Below are positions 31,157-43,148 of a stretch of DNA of 64,000 bases, piece after piece. The notes beneath the pieces are model-generated. The model did no database searches and was not told the DNA's origin. It saw nothing but the letters and a program-made list of their open reading frames with translations. The translations under genes were made by a program, and so were the position numbers. Within the stretch, counting starts at the first letter, position 1, and the number at the start of each line of letters is the position of its first letter. Source of the DNA: Candidatus Methanoperedenaceae archaeon (GTDB lineage: Archaea > Halobacteriota > Methanosarcinia > Methanosarcinales > Methanoperedenaceae); assembly GCA_963753595.1 (NCBI GenBank), contig CAVWCX010000001.1, positions 1-64,000 on the forward strand, written 5' to 3'.

Positions 31157-32886
31157 GAGGCTGTCCGATAATTAACTGAAAAACTCTCCGATTTTTCCAT
31201 AATTCCAAATTATAATCAAGCCCATTGCTTGCGAAATAATTTCAAAACATTTATATCATACAAATACAGTTTTTAAATAAATATGACTTTCTATAAAGAC
31301 CTCAAAGACCAGGAACTGCTCTTACCTCCAAACATTCGTGATATGATACCAAAAAATCACATCTGCCATCTGGTTGATAAAATAATCCAGAATATGGATC
31401 TATCTGATATCGAAAAGGAATACGAAGGAGCAGGACACCCCGCATATCATCCAAAACTCATCCTCAAGCTTCTGATATTGGGTCAAATAGATGGAGTACG
31501 TTCATCAAGGATAATAGCAAAAAATGCTAGAGAGAACGTGGTATACATTTACCTTGCAGGTCTTCTCCAACCTGATTTCAGGACGATAAGCGACTTTCGG
31601 AAAAACAATCTTGAAATGGTCAAATCATCATTTCATGAAGTTGTAAAATTCGCAAAAGATCTTGGCATGGTATCTCTTGGTCACATATGCATTGATGGAA
31701 CAAAAATAAAAGCCAATGCATCAAATCACAGTGCAGTAACAAAAGATGATTTTTTAAAATTGAAGGAACTCGTTGAAAGAGAACTGGAAGAAGGCATCAG
31801 AATAGACGAGGAAGAGGACAGGATCCATGGTGATAAGAATATCGATGAGCTGCCAGATAACATCTTTGACAAAACGATAGCGGAAAAATTGAAAGAGAAA
31901 TATCAGTCAGGGAGCAAAGAACAAAAAGAAAAAATCAAGAAACAGGTTGATAAGATCGAAAAAGAAATCGAAAAATCAGAGAGTGCCATCAGTGCTACTG
32001 ATCCTGAAAGCAGGTTCATGCCAAATAACAAGAAGGTCACTGAATATTCCTATAATCCTCAGATAACAGCGGATTCTTCTTTTGGGATAATCATTTCCAA
32101 CGATGTCACGTCAGAGGTAAGGGATGCAAATCAGCTTAAGCCTCAGATAATACAGGCAGAAGAGAATGTTGGAACCCTTCCGGAAGGTACGAAGGTGAGT
32201 GCTGATAATGGATATTCAAGCAGCAAGAATCTCAAATTCATGAAGAAAAAAAAGCTGGATGGCTATATCCCGGATGAAAAAACGGCATCAAACCTGAACA
32301 AAAATGAAGGAAAACCAGAAAACCCATTCGGTAAAGAGAATTTCGATTATGACCCGATAGAAGATTGTTTCATTTGCCCCAATAATCAGAAACTGACGTT
32401 CCGTTTTGAGTATGTGGATATTGCCAAAAACAGAAATGTGCGGATTTATAAAGGCACTCAGTGTAAGCAATGTCCTGATCGTAAAAAATGTTCAAAGAAC
32501 TCTCGGGATGGAAAAGTGATCAAGAATTATGAGGGGATGGAAGAGGAAAGAAGGAAGATGGCTTCTAAATTGATGTCAAAAGAGGGAGCATTGACATATC
32601 AGACGAGGAAAAAGGTCGTGGAGTGCATCTTTGGTCATATCAAGAGGAATCTTGGGTTCAGGGAATTTCTGTTGAGAGGGATTAATGGGGCGAAAATTGA
32701 GTTCAATCTTACCTGCATTGCTTCAAACCTGAGAAGAATGTGGAACTTTTTGAATGGATTTATTGAAGTAAGATGTTAAATTGGAGAAGAAGTATCGTTT
32801 TTTTTTGTTTGTCTGAAAAATTAGGCAATTATTGCTGAAACATTGCTTGAATAAACTGTATTTGATATCAAATGTCGGTCAACCTC
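31157..32886 (+). mobile_element. IS1182-family element, copy A (1730 bp; transposase 31283-32779)
   Basis: IRs GAGGCTGTCCGATAATT / AAATGTCGGTCAACCTC; AYHPK, PDFRTI, IDGTKIKANAS, ADNGY, VECIFG.IK; near-identical copy B. Confidence 0.95.
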
Positions 32887-33000
32887 CGAGGTCGGAGGCA
32901 TCATATGAATGCTCAAGATTTTAGCATTCTATCGGTTTCCCGGAGGTTCTGTTTTTCTTTTCAGGGCATGTTAAGTTTAAAAACAGGAAAGAGTTCGACC

Positions 33001-34321
33001 GGGGCTGTCAAAAAGTTTGGTGTTGGAGAAGAATTTATTTTTTATTGACAGATTAAAATAGAAAGATTTAAATATTATGAAAGTAGATATATATTTATGC
33101 AACTAAACATCGTATCTACTTTCGAAAACTGTATTGCTTCAGTACAACTTAAATTATCCGATTACATTTCAAAAGTTCCCAAGATAAAAGAAGGAATTAC
33201 ATCTCGATTATCAGAAAACAGATCAAGAAATATAAATAACCCCGTGGAACTATTATTTCATATCGGAAATAGATTTGAGATTCTATATCCCCATTGTCCG
33301 GAATGTAGTTCTTCAAAAGTGATAAAACAGGAATATTATCCACGCAATTTAAAATTGGCGGAATTTGGTCATCAAACAGTTTATGTGAGACGTTATTATT
33401 GCAAAACATGTGACAAGAAATTCAGCACACCCATTGACGCTATCGTAGAAAAAGGACATCAATATGCCAGGATTTATCAAAATCACATATGTGAAAGCTT
33501 TAAGACAGGTTATAATTCATTCAGACATTTGAAAAAGATATTTCACTCTTTCTACAATCATTCTCCTTCACATCAAACAATATACAACTGGATTTTTGAA
33601 ATGAATCCAAAATCGGAAGCAATAGAACCGAATTTATCTGGGTATTATTGCTATGACGAGCAATACTTAAAGATCGATGGGAAGCGATTTTATCGAATAA
33701 ATTTGATTGATTCAATACTTAATAAGCCGGTAAAAGAGTTGATCGTCAATGATTTTCAATATGATACAGTTAAATCGTTCATTGAAAAAGCGATATCTGG
33801 CATACCAGTCCACGCAATTACAACGGATCACAGAGGAGAATATAAAAGCATAATGGATGAACTGAAAATCAACCATCAACTTTGTATTTTTCATCTATTT
33901 AAAATGATCGGCAAAGAGATTATTCCAAAATTAAGATCTAAATTCATTTCAAACACCAATAAAATTCGATTATGCATATTATTTACTGAAATTAAGGAAA
34001 TTTTCAGAACTTTCGACTTGAATATCGCTATCAATAGACTTAATGGATTGTTGGAGAAATCAAATGCAACACCAAAAATTATCCATAAATTTATACAAAA
34101 AATAGAGGATGATTTTGAAAGACTCACTCTTTTTATGAGGGATGGGTTTGTTTCAAGAACAACGAATCCCATTGAAAACTATTATCGAACTACTATGCCT
34201 GATTCATTAAAAAGGATCTTCAAAACACCAGATGGAGCTTTAAAATATCTGGATATCAGGAAGAATTATTGGCTAAATAACATTTCAAAAAATATTTAAC
34301 ACCAAAAGATTTTACACCCAC
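33001..34321 (+). mobile_element. ISNCY/ISM1-like element (transposase 33097-34299)
   Basis: 24-bp imperfect IRs, 8-bp target duplication GTTCGACC (32993-33000, 34322-34329); Zn ribbon plus DEQY/TTD/TTNPIE. Confidence 0.9.
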
Positions 34322-34364
34322 GTTCGACCAAAAATTTAATACCAAAGATTACCTTTCAATAAAT

Positions 34365-34610
34365 ATGAAAAGTATGGAAAAATCAAATGTTACAGCTATA
34401 ATCTGGCAGGAAGATGATGTTTATGTTTCAAAATGCCCTGAACTTGAAGTTGCCAGTGCGGGTGACACACCGGAGGAAGCTCTTGAAAACCTGAAAGAGG
34501 CTGTTGAATTATATCTTGAGAATGCCAAAGCTCTGGGAATTTTAAATGATTTTGCTGCATCCTTACATTCTCCAAATAAATTCACTTCTACTTTTGGTGT
34601 GGCAGTGTGA
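34365..34610 (+). CDS. hicB: HicB-family antitoxin
   Basis: CPEL.VAS.GDT.EEALENLKEAVELYLE. Confidence 0.9.
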   Translation: MKSMEKSNVTAIIWQEDDVYVSKCPELEVASAGDTPEEALENLKEAVELYLENAKALGILNDFAASLHSPNKFTSTFGVAV

Positions 34611-34846
34611 GTAAACTTCCTTTGGTATTATCTGAAAAGATCATACAAAGGCTTCTTAAAGCAGGGTTTGATTACGCACCTATAAAAGGAAAAGGAAGTC
34701 ACAGAGCCTTGGTAAGAGTAGGTAGTCAAGGTGAAAAGTATCTCGTTATCATTCCAAAAAAAGATCCTGTCCCAAAGGGTACTTTGATTTCAATCATCAA
34801 ACAATCAGGAATGACAAGAGAAGAGTTTATTAAATTACTGGAATGA
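34607..34846 (+). CDS. hicA: HicA-family toxin
   Basis: KGSH, GTL.SIIKQSG. Confidence 0.9.
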   Translation: MSKLPLVLSEKIIQRLLKAGFDYAPIKGKGSHRALVRVGSQGEKYLVIIPKKDPVPKGTLISIIKQSGMTREEFIKLLE

Positions 34847-34999
34847 AATTTTTGGCTAAATATGTTATGTACCTTAGTTTATGGCGGTAAGATATGATAT
34901 ATTTTGGTTGCGAAATATGCTATGATTGGAATCGTGGAATAAACATTACTAAGCACTGGTGAAAAAATAAGGCAGTAGCTATACCACCATTAGATTAAT

Positions 35000-36541
35000 C
35001 CGTAACTCTCCCTTTTTTACGTAATACTCAAATCAATCCCCAATTTTTCAATAAGTAAACGTGTCTTTTTAGGAATCTCAGAGATCTCCCAGTCATCCCC
35101 TATCTTAACATTGAACACTCTTGATAGATGTAGAATAACATCTTTTGGTGAACATCTGCTTAAAATATTCCTGGAAAGTAGCAATCCATAAACCTTATAA
35201 TAAAGAAGTAGAGCAACAAAATTCACAAACATCCATCCTTCCATTGCGGAATCATCTCTCATATAACTGCGATCTGCATTCAACACATTTTTAAATGTGT
35301 CAAAAGTAACCTCGATCTCAACACGGCTTTTCAGCAACTCGAAAATTTTCTGTGGGGACAAATCCAATCCTGTAATTATCGATATTGTGCCAAACTTACT
35401 ATCATTTTCATGAAACTCTTCTATCTTGAGCTTTCCTTCATTCACCCTTATTAAAAAATCACGTTCCTCTTCCACTTTCAAAAAGTTATCCAGGAATGTA
35501 ACTATCCTTTTCCCATCTAATACACGTTCATAATGCCAGATCACTCGGTTCTCAAAAAGAAAATGACCATCAAACTGCTTTCTTCCGGCCTGTTTTAGAG
35601 GTGAGTAATCGATGAACTGACTATTCCTTTTCAGAGGTAAAATATACCTTATTTTCTTTGTTTCCAATTCTTTCGCATTGTCTGCAGAATAGAAACCCTT
35701 GTCTCCCACCAAAATAATGTCCTTCACCTTCGATTCTTCCATGGATAAAAGCAAACTGGAAACGTCCCTTATCGAACCGGGAACAAGTCTATAAAATATC
35801 GGCTGCATTCGATCAAGTGAAAAAAGCAAAAAAAGATTTATTTGCGGGAGGTAGTTCCTTTCTGAATTTCGACCTAAAGTAGCTGATATCACATTTTCTG
35901 AAAGAGAGAAAACATGTGTGAGATCAACCGCCATACATTCATCTTGTGCTATGTATTTTGACAGGAATTTCTTGATAAGATCTCTTTGCTGCCCTATTGC
36001 GTGAAGTATGTTGCTAAGTGTCTTGGGAGATACTTTTGCATCGGGTATGATGTCAGATAAGTAAGAACTCTGGTAATGATTTTGAACATTCTTTAGTGGT
36101 GATGATGAGAAAAAACGAAATGCTGCGAATGTGAATATCTCCTTCCATATATCTGGAAACACTTCTTTCAGGTTTTGGATGATATCTTTTGATTCATTAG
36201 CTATGAATCGTGATGCTCCAAACTCTTTTACACTAATATTTTTCCGTGATTCTATTGTCCTTTCATGTTTTGGTTTTATGAGTCCTTCTTCTGTTATTTT
36301 GCCAAGAAATTTTTCTGTGATCTTTTTGGCCCGTTTCTTTTCTTTGTCATATTCGCTTCTGATTTTGTAGAGATAATAGTACTTTCCGAGTTTTCTTATT
36401 TCTGTCCCTTTTGTTTTGTGTTTCAATACCCAATCCGGATGAGTCATAATATTACGTATATACGTAATACAAATATATAAAGATTACGGTATGTGTTGAC
36501 AGTTTTCTAAAAAATATTACACAAATTGGGCGGAGTTAAGG
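35000..36541 (-). mobile_element. IS1634-like element (transposase 35017-36447)
   Basis: IRs CCGTAACTCTCCC / GGGCGGAGTTAAGG, 6-bp duplication ATTAAT on both sides; VDLT, GDKGFYS, RVEIE. Confidence 0.88.
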
Positions 36542-36644
36542 ATTAATGAATTTACATATCATCTAAATGCGCGTATTATAAGGAATTGAAAAATGGTTAT
36601 TCTGTTTTCAATTCGCCTTATACAAGTATGAATCCTCCGCCCCC

Positions 36645-36700
36645 GCAGTCACTGACCCCCGAATCGAATTCGGAGGCATCATGTGGATGCTCAAGGTTTT
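36645..36700 (+). repeat. Empty copy of the palindromic repeat targeted by IS1182
   Basis: GCAGTCACTGACCCCCGAATCGAATTCGGAGGCATC...ATGCTCAAGGTTTT matches the flanks of both IS1182 copies. Confidence 0.75.
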
Positions 36701-36895
36701 GGCACATCGTTTTGCAAGAGTCTTCTATTAAATTCAGGCGCTATTTTATAACGGGTTTCAGGATGGTTTTATTGAATAATTCGTCAGAGGCATGGAAATA
36801 AGAGCGCAATCAGGAGATTAATAGATAAATAATGCTGATATAAAAAATAAAAGAAGGATAAAAACTTTCCTTCTTTTTTCAATTTGGAATGAATA

Positions 36896-37870
36896 CTAAA
36901 CAGGTGGTACAATTCTGACCGAATCTTTACCACTGATAGGTATCCCGTCGTATGTCATTCCTGTTAATACTGCTTCAGTATCGCCTTCTGATACCACCAA
37001 TGATTTAGTGCTTACATGGACAATGAGGTCCATAAAGCCATCGCCATTGACATCTTCATATGAGGACTGAGGTGTTTGAGCTTTACCCTTCAGGTTAACA
37101 GCCGCTCCTGCAAGGCTAATCGAGTAAGGATTCACAGTAGTGACATCGAATGTCGGGCTACCTAAAATGGCCACAGGTACATTCCCATTGCTGCCAAGGT
37201 TGATACTATTGGGATCACTTCCAAGCTTTATGTCAATGTTCACAGGTATTACTGCTAATTGTCCATAAGCCTGTATCTCTGATATAGAGAACATTTTATC
37301 TCCATTATTCATATTGCCCTTAAACTTTAGAGCATTCGTGGTAATAGGTGTTGTTAACAAATATTTCGCTGTATTATCATAAGGATTTGGACGAGTCTGC
37401 ATACCATATAAATTTACTCCGTCATAAACATTATAGTTTGGTACATTCCAAGCCAGTTGCCAAGTATTTGTAGTTAAATCCCGATAATATAACTCGTACG
37501 CATCATTATCATCTGTTTGTAGAACAAAACTTTCAATATTATATATACCGTTCAGATTAATTTCTATGTAAGGATTCTGGCCAGTAGTAGAATCCCACCA
37601 TAATGGCCCAAGATTCCATTGAGTACTTTGTGGGAAAAAAACACCATCAACAATAGTACTAGGCAAAACATCCGTCCAACCGCCGGGATACCCATTATAA
37701 ACAGTTAAGAAATTTCCTCCATTTAATGTTACCTCTGCATTTAGAGCTACATTAGTTACAGAAGTTGCGCCAGCCAGTCCACTTATAGCCAGAAATATAG
37801 CTAAAGCTATTCCTGGGATACCAAATATTGTGAGATCTCCGCAATTTATTCTACTATTTCTCTTAGTCAT
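36896..37870 (-). CDS. Secreted beta-rich protein (discoidin-like N-domain, C-terminal domain with DVNGDG Ca-binding loop)
   Basis: Signal peptide, TNVALN...SISEIQAYG, IDIK.GSDPNSIN, DVNGDGFMDL. Confidence 0.75.
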   Translation of the reverse strand: MTKRNSRINCGDLTIFGIPGIALAIFLAISGLAGATSVTNVALNAEVTLNGGNFLTVYNGYPGGWTDVLPSTIVDGVFFPQSTQWNLGPLWWDSTTGQNPYIEINLNGIYNIESFVLQTDDNDAYELYYRDLTTNTWQLAWNVPNYNVYDGVNLYGMQTRPNPYDNTAKYLLTTPITTNALKFKGNMNNGDKMFSISEIQAYGQLAVIPVNIDIKLGSDPNSINLGSNGNVPVAILGSPTFDVTTVNPYSISLAGAAVNLKGKAQTPQSSYEDVNGDGFMDLIVHVSTKSLVVSEGDTEAVLTGMTYDGIPISGKDSVRIVPPV

Positions 37871-38240
37871 TTTTCCTCCGTTATTTTAGATTTTCTTCTT
37901 TGAGTACTTACCTCTCAAAGGTTTTTATCTTATAGGAACTTCAATAAACAGAGATTCCCACCTATTGCGATTACCACCATAAGAATTACCTTTTTAGAAG
38001 CAATACTTGTTCGAAATTATTTCTTTGCTAAAGATAAATGTTTCGATATTTTTAAAACATTTATTTAAAAATAACCGATGATATTTATATAAGATCCATT
38101 AAAGAAATAACGAAATGCCAAAATCTTCTTCACCATCAATACGCGCCTGATTTCAGCATTCAAAAGAAACCTGGATTGTCCATCGCCTTTCAGGAGCATG
38201 AGAACGAGCACGTGGAGCAGTCACTAAACCCCGGACTTAA

Positions 38241-39970
38241 GAGGTTGACCGACATTTGATATCAAATACAGTTTATTCAAGCAATGTTTCAGCAATAATT
38301 GCCTAATTTTTCAGACAAACAAAAAAAAACGATACTTCTTCTCCAATTTAACATCTTACTTCAATAAATCCATTCAAAAAGTTCCACATTCTTCTCAGGT
38401 TTGAAGCAATGCAGGTAAGATTGAACTCAATTTTCGCCCCATTAATCCCTCTCAACAGAAATTCCCTGAACCCAAGATTCCTCTTGATATGACCAAAGAT
38501 GCACTCCACGACCTTTTTCCTCGTCTGATATGTCAATGCTCCCTCTTTTGACATCAATTTAGAAGCCATCTTCCTTCTTTCCTCTTCCATCCCCTCATAA
38601 TTCTTGATCACTTTTCCATCCCGAGAGTTCTTTGAACATTTTTTACGATCAGGACATTGCTTACACTGAGTGCCTTTATAAATCCGCACATTTCTGTTTT
38701 TGGCAATATCCACATACTCAAAACGGAACGTCAGTTTCTGATTATTGGGGCAAATGAAACAATCTTCTATCGGGTCATAATCGAAATTCTCTTTACCGAA
38801 TGGGTTTTCTGGTTTTCCTTCATTTTTGTTCAGGTTTGATGCCGTTTTTTCATCCGGGATATAGCCATCCAGCTTTTTTTTCTTCATGAATTTGAGATTC
38901 TTGCTGCTTGAATATCCATTATCAGCACTCACCTTCGTACCTTCCGGAAGGGTTCCAACATTCTCTTCTGCCTGTATTATCTGAGGCTTAAGCTGATTTG
39001 CATCCCTTACCTCTGACGTGACATCGTTGGAAATGATTATCCCAAAAGAAGAATCCGCTGTTATCTGAGGATTATAGGAATATTCAGTGACCTTCTTGTT
39101 ATTTGGCATGAACCTGCTTTCAGGATCAGTAGCACTGATGGCACTCTCTGATTTTTCGATTTCTTTTTCGATCTTATCAACCTGTTTCTTGATTTTTTCT
39201 TTTTGTTCTTTGCTCCCTGACTGATATTTCTCTTTCAATTTTTCCGCTATCGTTTTGTCAAAGATGTTATCTGGCAGCTCATCGATATTCTTATCACCAT
39301 GGATCCTGTCCTCTTCCTCGTCTATTCTGATGCCTTCTTCCAGTTCTCTTTCAACGAGTTCCTTCAATTTTAAAAAATCATCTTTTGTTACTGCACTGTG
39401 ATTTGATGCATTGGCTTTTATTTTTGTTCCATCAATGCATATGTGACCAAGAGATACCATGCCAAGATCTTTTGCGAATTTTACAACTTCATGAAATGAT
39501 GATTTGACCATTTCAAGATTGTTTTTCCGAAAGTCGCTTATCGTCCTGAAATCAGGTTGGAGAAGACCTGCAAGGTAAATGTATACCACGTTCTCTCTAG
39601 CATTTTTTGCTATTATCCTTGATGAACATACTCCATCTATTTGACCCAATATCAGAAGCTTGAGGATGAGTTTTGGATGATATGCGGGGTGTCCTGCTCC
39701 TTCGTATTCCTTTTCGATATCAGATAGATCCATATTCTGGATTATTTTATCAACCAGATGGCAGATGTGATTTTTTGGTATCATATCACGAATGTTTGGA
39801 GGTAAGAGCAGTTCCTGGTCTTTGAGGTCTTTATAGAAAGTCATATTTATTTAAAAACTGTATTTGTATGATATAAATGTTTTGAAATTATTTCGCAAGC
39901 AATGGGCTTGATTATAATTTGGAATTATGGAAAAATCGGAGAGTTTTTCAGTTAATTATCGGACAGCCTC
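38241..39970 (-). mobile_element. IS1182-family element, copy B (transposase 38348-39844)
   Basis: Inverted copy of 31157-32886; protein differs at GVRSSR vs GVCSSR. Confidence 0.95.
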
Positions 39971-40082
39971 TCAAGTCGGGGGCATCAGGAGGAATGCATG
40001 AGTTTTTTTGAAAATTATTCGTTGTATTGGATAATATCGACAATACAGGCACAAAATCTTATCGAAATAAGGAGGTTCGGGG

Positions 40083-41369
40083 ATGAATTATAGTGAAGAA
40101 CACGAAGCATATATTAGAGAACATTGTGATATACGGCCAGACGAGGATTATGAGATGGATTTGACGGTCAAAGATAGAAAGAAATTATGGTTATCGACGG
40201 GGAATAAATGTGCCTTATGTAAATGTATTCTGCACCAAAAAAAGTCCAAAACCAATATTGGAGAAGAATGTCATATTAGTAGCGAAAGACCAGACCACCC
40301 AAGTAAGGAATTCCCAAGATATGATCCAGGCTTTGATCAACGGAATACGAGTGTTGATAACGCAATAATTCTCTGTGCCAATTGCCATAAGATAATAGAT
40401 AATCCAGAAAACACCCAATACACAATAGAAGAACTACATCGAATAAAAGAAAGACATGAAGTCGAGGTAGAAAAAAACCCTGACGTAATTAAAGAACGTG
40501 ACGAAAGACGCAAACAATTACAAGAATGGATACAGGAACATAACCAGACATTGATGAACAATTTCATCAAACCTTGGTCTGAATCCACGTCTGTAGATGA
40601 ATCAAATCTCCTCGCAATAGAACATCTTCAAAGTGGATATAAAGATATTTGGGATTTGCGTCCAAATAAACCTCTTCTAAGATGTATTTCGGACGATAGG
40701 AAGATTATTAAAGAAGAGCTTTTAAATAAATTTGGAGGAATCCCTGTGGATTTTGAATGGAAACATAATTCTGGGGTCACGAAAATACCAGTTTACAGAA
40801 TATTGAATTACTTTTTTCAGAATGATGATTTATCAGAGAATTGTAACATAAATACAGAGGATTTTATTGAATCGATCATAAAAGATGAACCATTATATGA
40901 GAAAATTAAAAAGATAGATAAAAACGAGGAAATCCGAGATGATAAAACCAATGAGTTTGAAAATGGTTTGATGGAAATAGTACAAGATTTCGAGGAGAAA
41001 CACATCCCATTAAAGGGTACTTGCAAAATCTGTAAAGAATGGCATAACGAACTCCAAGATGAAAACCGTGATAAAGAACGAATATATAATTGGTTATATA
41101 ATAAAACAGAAGCATATAAATGGATAACCGTTGGTGGATATATCGATGGCGGAGTTACCGGAACATTAACTGACACCAGATGGCGTTCTACTGAAGAGAT
41201 AGCAAGTGCCATTAACTTAACTGTAGAACGAACTGAGAAACTCTGTTTTCAAAACGAAAAACTCAAAAAAATGACGAAAGAGGATATCCCCAACGAGAAA
41301 AAAAACACAGATGAACGAGATTTAAAACGATGGGCAATAAAAGAATTCGTAAGTAAATATCGGGATTAA
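40083..41369 (+). CDS. HNH endonuclease-domain protein with uncharacterised C-terminus
   Basis: CALC, ECHI, NAIILCANCHKIID; GGAGG RBS. Confidence 0.8.
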   Translation: MNYSEEHEAYIREHCDIRPDEDYEMDLTVKDRKKLWLSTGNKCALCKCILHQKKSKTNIGEECHISSERPDHPSKEFPRYDPGFDQRNTSVDNAIILCANCHKIIDNPENTQYTIEELHRIKERHEVEVEKNPDVIKERDERRKQLQEWIQEHNQTLMNNFIKPWSESTSVDESNLLAIEHLQSGYKDIWDLRPNKPLLRCISDDRKIIKEELLNKFGGIPVDFEWKHNSGVTKIPVYRILNYFFQNDDLSENCNINTEDFIESIIKDEPLYEKIKKIDKNEEIRDDKTNEFENGLMEIVQDFEEKHIPLKGTCKICKEWHNELQDENRDKERIYNWLYNKTEAYKWITVGGYIDGGVTGTLTDTRWRSTEEIASAINLTVERTEKLCFQNEKLKKMTKEDIPNEKKNTDERDLKRWAIKEFVSKYRD

Positions 41370-41697
41370 TATGCGTGCCTATGTTCTGATTCATAGGTTG
41401 TATAGATTCAGATTCTTTATGGATGCATGAACACGTCCGCAGCACGGCAGTCACCAGTATACCCCGTACGATGTACGAGGCCTGTATATAGTGGTTTTCA
41501 GGAGCATACGGGATTATCTCTCCCATTAGCTTAAGGTGCAGGGCTTCAATGTGGGGCGACTGTAAAGGTGCGCTGCAAGCCTTACCCACATGGCTTACCA
41601 TTTCCTCCGAAGTCACCTGCAAGAGATAATTTTGTTTCCATGATATTTTAATCTGGCGGTAGTGAGTTTAAGGAGATATTCCTATCATAACCATAAA

Positions 41698-43106
41698 GGT
41701 GGTTACCAATTCATAGGTTTGCCTTATAAATTTAACTATTTTTTATACTTGCAGTAAGATTTATATTATTCATCCCCCCATTATTATTTTAATCACAAAA
41801 TTCCAAAGAGGGGATGAACAATGGAGTTTAATGTTGATAAGCAAATAAAAAGCTATTGGAACAAATTCATCGGTCAAACCGATGCAAATAATGAAGAGTT
41901 TGCAGATGCAACCTCCGAGAACAGCGTTCGGGCATCAAAATTTCTGGAAGGATTAAACCTGGATCCGATAATGCCTGAAATCAACAAGCATTATACCGTT
42001 AAAGAAGGAGTGGAAACCTATCCAAGAAGGGCAATGGTAAAGGCATTTATCTGGAGAAACATAAAGACAATAAAATATTATACGAAAGAGGAAAGAAACT
42101 TAAGAACACATCCTGATGAGGCACTAGAATTGGGTTTCAATATTGATCCGGATGAAAATATCATAGTTCCAGATCATGAAACTTTGAGGCATTTCGAAAA
42201 AGTGAGACTGGGTAATAAGGGGATGGATTCTATAATGCAACTTTTTTGTATAAAGGTTGTAGAAGCTGGTAACCGATTGGATTTAAAAATTGGAAAATGC
42301 ACTGGAACAGATAGTACTCCAATCAAGACACATAACGATCCTGATGGAAAATACAATGGCCATTATAAGAAAAAGATGGTCAAAGCACAAATAACCATGG
42401 ATTATGAGCACAATATTCCTCTGGCCAAAAAGGTATGCGGTGGAACTGAAGATGATGATAAATATCTTGAAGATATGCTCCGAAAGACAGCAGTATCTGC
42501 CGGGATGAACATGGAAGAGACTTGGTTCGATGGCGGTTATAACAGCAACAAAAACATTGCATTTGCTCATGTTGAAATGGGTTTGATGTCACATTATCAT
42601 ATTGACAAGGATTGGAGAGAAAATGTAAAATACGAGCATAGGTTTAATGGAAAAACCTATATCTACTCCCCTGAACAGGAGATTAATTATCTCTATAGAA
42701 AAAATTGGCAAGATTCAAAATATAAGAAAGATGCTTCTCTAGAATATAAGATGCAATTTCTGGTCAAAAAGGGATTTCATGACCCTGTTGCCATGTATTT
42801 TAGAAATGACTATATGAATAAATATGATGAGTGTCCCGATAATGTTCTTGATCTCTACCATAGAAGAAACAGCAACGAAGGAATCAATAGCTATCTGAAA
42901 GATCACCTTGAAGTTGAGGTACATTTGAATGGTAAAGGTATGAAGAATATTGATCTTCACGTGACAGAATGCTGTATTGCCATGCTGGCAGTAGCATTTG
43001 CACGATTGCAGCATGGTATAAAAGAAAATCTCTCTTCGGTTGCATATCTCACATAGGAGGTGAAAAAAAATCTACCAATGGTTTCAAGGGTGTCTTGGTA
43101 ACCACC
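41698..43106 (+). mobile_element. DDE insertion sequence (IS4/IS5-like or ISNCY; transposase 41821-43056)
   Basis: Perfect 12-bp IR GGTGGTTACCAA / TTGGTAACCACC, 5-bp duplication ATAAA; TDSTPI, FDGGY, RNSNEGINS.LK. Confidence 0.88.
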
Positions 43107-43148
43107 ATAAAAAATATATAGTTTATTACTAATATACTAGTAATAATT

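Noticed and set aside
31157-39970. Inversion or composite transposon between the inverted IS1182 copies
   Set aside because: Copy B's present flanks reconstruct the empty-site repeat at 36645 in order, and no outer target duplication is visible. The two copies look like independent insertions.
41370-41640. GC-richer segment and 119-aa minus-strand ORF
   Set aside because: No recognisable motif in any frame; cannot be assigned.
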